From positions 2,115,181 through 2,179,180 of the forward strand of contig CP013099.1 in assembly GCA_001447805.1 (NCBI GenBank): DNA of 64,000 nt, written 5' to 3'. The notes beneath the pieces are model-generated. The model saw nothing but the letters and a program-made list of their open reading frames with translations. It made no database searches and had not been told where the DNA came from. This document shows positions 60,295-64,000 of this stretch, piece by piece (the stretch's first letter is position 1; every line of letters starts with the position of its first letter). The position numbers and the translations under genes are program-made. The DNA is from Candidatus Tenderia electrophaga. Lineage in GTDB: Bacteria > Pseudomonadota > Gammaproteobacteria > Tenderiales > Tenderiaceae.

Positions 60295-60966
60295 ATGAGA
60301 CCAGTAGAACGTGTGTACGGCGGTGCGATTCCCGCTTCGGCGTCGACCAATAAGGTTCTGCGAAATACCTACATGCTGCTTTCTATGACGCTGCTGTTCA
60401 GCGCCTTGATGGCGGGCGTGTCCATGACCATGCAGATGGGTCCGATGGCACACTTGCTGTCGTTCGTGGGTTCCATCGTGCTGATTTGGTTCGTGCTGCC
60501 GCGCACTGCGAATTCGGCTGCAGGCATCGGTGTGGTGTTTGCCATTACCGGCCTGATGGGCTTCGGTCTTGGGCCCTTGCTCAACGCCTACCTGAGCATG
60601 GCCAACGGTAGCCAGGTGGTGATGACCGCCTTGGGCGGTACCGGTGCCATCTTCCTGGGGCTGTCGGCCTACACGCTGACGACCAAAAAGGATTTCAGCT
60701 TCCTGGGCGGCATGCTGTTCGTCGGTATTCTGGTGGTGCTCCTCGGCGCTATTGTGAATATCTTTCTGGCCATTCCGTTCGTATCGATGGCCATCTCCGC
60801 TGCGGTAATCCTGATCATGAGTGGTTTCATCCTGTATGACACCAGCCGCATCATCAACGGCGGGGAGACCAATTACATCATGGCGACGGTCTCTTTGTAC
60901 CTGAGCATCTACAACATCTTCGTCAGCCTGCTGCACCTCCTGGGTGCGTTTAACGGCGACGATTAA
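60295..60966 (+). CDS. Bax inhibitor-1/YccA family membrane protein
   Basis: Start MRPVERVYGG preceded by AGGAG. 7 TM, 223 aa, C-terminal ...LGAFNGDD typical of BI-1/YccA. Track ORF start 60262 rejected. Confidence 0.85.
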   Translation: MRPVERVYGGAIPASASTNKVLRNTYMLLSMTLLFSALMAGVSMTMQMGPMAHLLSFVGSIVLIWFVLPRTANSAAGIGVVFAITGLMGFGLGPLLNAYLSMANGSQVVMTALGGTGAIFLGLSAYTLTTKKDFSFLGGMLFVGILVVLLGAIVNIFLAIPFVSMAISAAVILIMSGFILYDTSRIINGGETNYIMATVSLYLSIYNIFVSLLHLLGAFNGDD

Positions 60967-61032
60967 TTAGCCCATACAGGCTATGCTAAGGCCCCGGCTG
61001 GTCCGGGGCCTTTTTCTTGGGGAGGCGTCATT

Positions 61033-61218
61033 ATGGAAATGTGGATGAAGGTCGCCTATGCCGTGGCCCTGGGGGCCATGGTAATTTTCCTGTTGCCGCG
61101 CGCCAAGGCAATGATGGCGAATAGCCGCAAGGCCGAGGCGGGCGAATGGCGCGGCGTGATTATCCCCTTGCTGCTGGTCATCCTGTTTGTCGTATTGCTG
61201 ATTCAATCGGTCCAATAG
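61033..61218 (+). CDS. hypothetical small membrane protein (2 TM, 61 aa)
   Basis: GGGAGG SD 7 nt upstream of ATG; two hydrophobic helices separated by basic loop. Confidence 0.45.
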   Translation: MEMWMKVAYAVALGAMVIFLLPRAKAMMANSRKAEAGEWRGVIIPLLLVILFVVLLIQSVQ

Positions 61219-61229
61219 GCCAGCCCCCC

Positions 61230-62216
61230 TTGGAAACCCATCCCTTCGCCCCCTTCATCCGCACCCTGGGCCGCGGCCAGAAGGGTTCGCGCTCGCTGTC
61301 ACAAGATGAGGCCTTTGAGGCCATGGGCATGATCCTGGAGGGACAGGTGGAGCCGGAACAGCTGGGGGCCTTCCTGATGCTGATCCGGGTCAAGGAGGAA
61401 ACGCCGGATGAGGTTGCCGGCTTCGTGCGCGCCGTGCGCTGGACTATCCAACTGCCCGAAAATATTCCGGCGGTGGATCTGGACTGGTCCAGCTATGCCG
61501 GCAAGCGCCGTCATTTGCCCTGGTTTCTGTTGAGCGTGCTGCTGCTGGCGGACCAGGGGGTCAAGGTATTCATGCACGGCCTTAAAGGGCGCAAGGATAA
61601 CCGTATCTACACCCCGCAAGCCTTGGAGTTTCTCGGCCTGCCGGTATCCGATTCGCTGGCCGAGGCCGCCCAGCGGCTGGAGACGCACACATTCGCCTAT
61701 GTGAACCTGGAGCGCATCAGCCCGCGGCTGCAGCAGATTATCGACCTGCGCGAGATCCTGGGCCTGCGCTCGCCGGTGCATACCGTGTCACGCATGCTCA
61801 ACCCGTTTCTCGCCCCCCATCAGATGCAGGGCATTTTTCATCCCGGTTATCTGGCGATCCATCAAGGCGCCGCCGCGCTCCTGGAGCAAGCCCACATGGC
61901 CGTGATAAAGGGCGACGGCGGCGAGATCGAGGCCAGCCCGGACAGCAGTTGCAGGGTATTATCGGTGAATCAACAACGGTGTAACGAAGAAGAATGGCCA
62001 CCCCTGCTCGCTACCCGTGAACTCAAACCCAAATCCCTGGAACTCGAGCTGTTGCCACAACTCTGGCGCGGCGAAATCGAACACAAATATGGTACTGCCG
62101 CCGTCATCAACACCCTTGCCGTGACACTGCAGATGATGCAAAAACAAAGCCGCCGCGAAGACGCGCTGGCCATGGCGACGGAGTGGTGGCAGACGCGTTC
62201 GAAGGATCTCATTTAA
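61230..62216 (+). CDS. ybiB: glycosyl transferase family 3 / TrpD2 (YbiB-like) protein
   Basis: Homology to the YbiB N-terminus begins at ...HPFAPFIRTLGRGQKGSRSLSQDEAFEAMGMILEGQV.... Start tentatively TTG 61230, giving 328 aa (YbiB is ~320 aa). Alternative ATG 61146 would overlap the small membrane ORF. Confidence 0.7.
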   Translation: METHPFAPFIRTLGRGQKGSRSLSQDEAFEAMGMILEGQVEPEQLGAFLMLIRVKEETPDEVAGFVRAVRWTIQLPENIPAVDLDWSSYAGKRRHLPWFLLSVLLLADQGVKVFMHGLKGRKDNRIYTPQALEFLGLPVSDSLAEAAQRLETHTFAYVNLERISPRLQQIIDLREILGLRSPVHTVSRMLNPFLAPHQMQGIFHPGYLAIHQGAAALLEQAHMAVIKGDGGEIEASPDSSCRVLSVNQQRCNEEEWPPLLATRELKPKSLELELLPQLWRGEIEHKYGTAAVINTLAVTLQMMQKQSRREDALAMATEWWQTRSKDLI

Positions 62217-62369
62217 TATTCGCCAAGATTCTTACCCGCCGCCCCTACACAACAGCCCCGTTTCTGCTAAATTTAGAACGTAGGTTTCTGGATATTGCAA
62301 GTTCTCAGCCTTGCTCGGCTGTGGTGGCTTCTTTTAATCCTTATAGATCCGGGGACGAGGGAGGGGGGT

Positions 62370-63893
62370 ATGGGTGTCAATGAGACGTTGCTCGATTTTG
62401 TGTTTCCGATTTCCAAAGCGACGCTCAATCAGTTTCTAACTAATATTTCATACGGCGTAGTGTTTTCCGACGAACACGGAAAAACGCTCTACGCGAACAA
62501 TAAAATGGAACAAATCCTCGGCTATCAAACAGCCGAGATCAACGGCAAGACGCTCGAGACATTTTTCATTCCGAAAGATCGTCACAAACTCAATTCGGTT
62601 CTTCAAACGACGCTAAGCACTCGCGGTCATCGCGCAGAAAAACATTTAGAGGCCGTGGCGGTAAACCGGGCAGGCGTGGAAATCCCGGTGGCCATTTCCT
62701 TCAACCTGATCCGCGAGGGCGAGCGCCAACTCATCTTTTGCCTGGTGCAGGACATCAGCCAGCAAGTCACCCTGCAAAAGGAGTTATACCAACAGGCCAT
62801 CACCGATTCGCTTACCGGTCTATACAACCGGCGCTATTTCGATCAACGACTGTTTGAAGAATTCACCCGCGCCAATCGCTACAGTCGCCCCTTCTCGGTG
62901 GTCATCATCGATATCGACGGCTTCAAACAGGCCAATGATTTACATGGCCACTCCTTCGGCGATGAGATGTTGATCAAGGCCACGGACACGTTCAAGACCG
63001 TGCTGCGCGAAGGCGACAGCATTTATCGTTACGGCGGCGACGAGTTCGCCATGCTGCTCCCCGAAACCAGCAAGGAAGGGGGCATTGAAGTGGCTGAACG
63101 GCTCAAGTCCATGTTCGCAACACGCTTTAGCAGCAACGAAAAACGCGTGCGGCTGTCACTTAGTATCGGCGTCTCGAGCTACCCTGAAGACGGCATGGAC
63201 GAAAAGAACCTGATCAGCGCCGCCGACCGTCGTATGTACTCAGCCAAAGACTCCGGTGGCAACATGGTCAGCGCCTATGACGAAGTGACGTATTTAAACG
63301 ATGATACCAGCCTGCTGTTACGCTCGCTCTGCAGTCTCGCGGCGTTGATGGAGAAGAGCCGCGGGCTCACCTCACGCGGCCTGAGTCACTCACAAAGCAC
63401 CCGTACCCTGTCCATTGAGATCGCTCACCGACTGGGGCTGTCCGATGAGCGTATCGCCCTGCTGGAACAAGCCGCCATCCTGCACGACATCGGTAACATC
63501 ACCGTTCCGGCCGCGGTATTATGCAAGAAAAACGCGCTTAGTGACGAAGAACGGCTTGAGATCCGCAAACACACGATGATCGGCGAAGAGATTATCGAAA
63601 TGCTTGACACCACGCACGAGCAAAAGGAACTTCAGGCGCTCAAACGCATTATTGGCGAGCATCATGAACGCATCGACGGCTCGGGCTATCCGCGCGGCCT
63701 GAAGAATAGCGCTATCAGTATCGAGGCGCGCATCCTGGCCGCCGCGGACGCCTACAACGCAATGGTTTCCGAACGTCCTTATCGCAAACCCATGACCCAG
63801 ACCCAGGCGCTGCAGGAGATGCAAAAACTGGCCGGCACGCTTTACGATACCGAAGTGGTGTCACACCTGTTGCAAATCAGATCCAATCAGTGA
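62370..63893 (+). CDS. PAS-GGDEF-HD-GYP multidomain c-di-GMP signalling protein
   Basis: Start MGVNETLLDF preceded by GAGGGAGGGGGG. PAS (~40-150), GGDEF with intact RYGGDEF, HD-GYP with HD...HHERIDGSGYPRGL; 507 aa. Confidence 0.85.
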   Translation: MGVNETLLDFVFPISKATLNQFLTNISYGVVFSDEHGKTLYANNKMEQILGYQTAEINGKTLETFFIPKDRHKLNSVLQTTLSTRGHRAEKHLEAVAVNRAGVEIPVAISFNLIREGERQLIFCLVQDISQQVTLQKELYQQAITDSLTGLYNRRYFDQRLFEEFTRANRYSRPFSVVIIDIDGFKQANDLHGHSFGDEMLIKATDTFKTVLREGDSIYRYGGDEFAMLLPETSKEGGIEVAERLKSMFATRFSSNEKRVRLSLSIGVSSYPEDGMDEKNLISAADRRMYSAKDSGGNMVSAYDEVTYLNDDTSLLLRSLCSLAALMEKSRGLTSRGLSHSQSTRTLSIEIAHRLGLSDERIALLEQAAILHDIGNITVPAAVLCKKNALSDEERLEIRKHTMIGEEIIEMLDTTHEQKELQALKRIIGEHHERIDGSGYPRGLKNSAISIEARILAAADAYNAMVSERPYRKPMTQTQALQEMQKLAGTLYDTEVVSHLLQIRSNQ

Positions 63894-64000
63894 TGCCCGC
63901 GGCCGTCTTCGCCATCCAGTTCGGCGAGCTGCAACTCCTCGCCCAGCTGCAACCAGGCCTCTTCCGTTTCCTGCTGCCGCTTTTTCAATTCACCCTGCCT
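63888..64000 (-). CDS. 3' end of an unidentified convergent gene (C-terminus ...ELQLAELDGEDGRGHH), runs off window end
   Basis: Open minus-strand frame from window end to TGA (plus 63888..63890), overlapping the stop of the preceding gene by 6 nt. Identity not determinable from 37 codons. Confidence 0.25.

Overview
High-GC (roughly 60%) gammaproteobacterial chromosomal window, mostly core housekeeping genes with conserved synteny. (1) A long minus-strand run: comEC (5' part), DUF2062, lolD plus a single lolC/E permease, EndoIII-like, rluB, scpB, scpA, trpS, an M50 protease, yciO, trpH, then yciB–yciI–bolA–PPIase on the plus strand. (2) ligA, then a Mg2+/ion-transport neighbourhood: an MscS-like channel, an MgtE-N/CBS protein and MgtE as an overlapping operon; corA, mscS, trkH–trkA, and later zntB. 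(3) The most interesting locus is a GGDEF / GNAT–C39-like peptidase fusion / RimK-like ATP-grasp with N-terminal extension / DUF155 cluster (17.3–21.7 kb). Such cassettes have been predicted in silico as peptide-ligase/peptide-tagging systems but have no known product. (4) Two tRNA-Ser genes (GGA at 28.3 kb, TGA at 60.1 kb) share an unusual architecture: tRNA, terminator, a ~110–140 nt fragment ending in a duplicated tRNA 3' end (12 and 19 nt direct repeats), then a second terminator. (5) putA (short form) and a five-gene sugar/polyol-phosphate catabolic cluster (2-hydroxyacid dehydrogenase, FGGY kinase, GDPD, GlpD-like, aldolase–SDR fusion). (6) ettA and a stand-alone second EF-G, converging on a bidirectional terminator next to a C-rich tandem-decamer repeat. 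(7) leuA, pssA, ilvC–ilvH–ilvI (GTG start, hairpin in leader), an MIF-like tautomerase, two secreted dienelactone hydrolase paralogues, ybbA–ybbP divergent from tesA, a BI-1 family protein, a ybiB-like protein and a PAS–GGDEF–HD-GYP protein. No integrase, transposase, CRISPR or recognisable defence system was seen. Many listed ATG-ORFs are antisense shadows typical of high-GC DNA.
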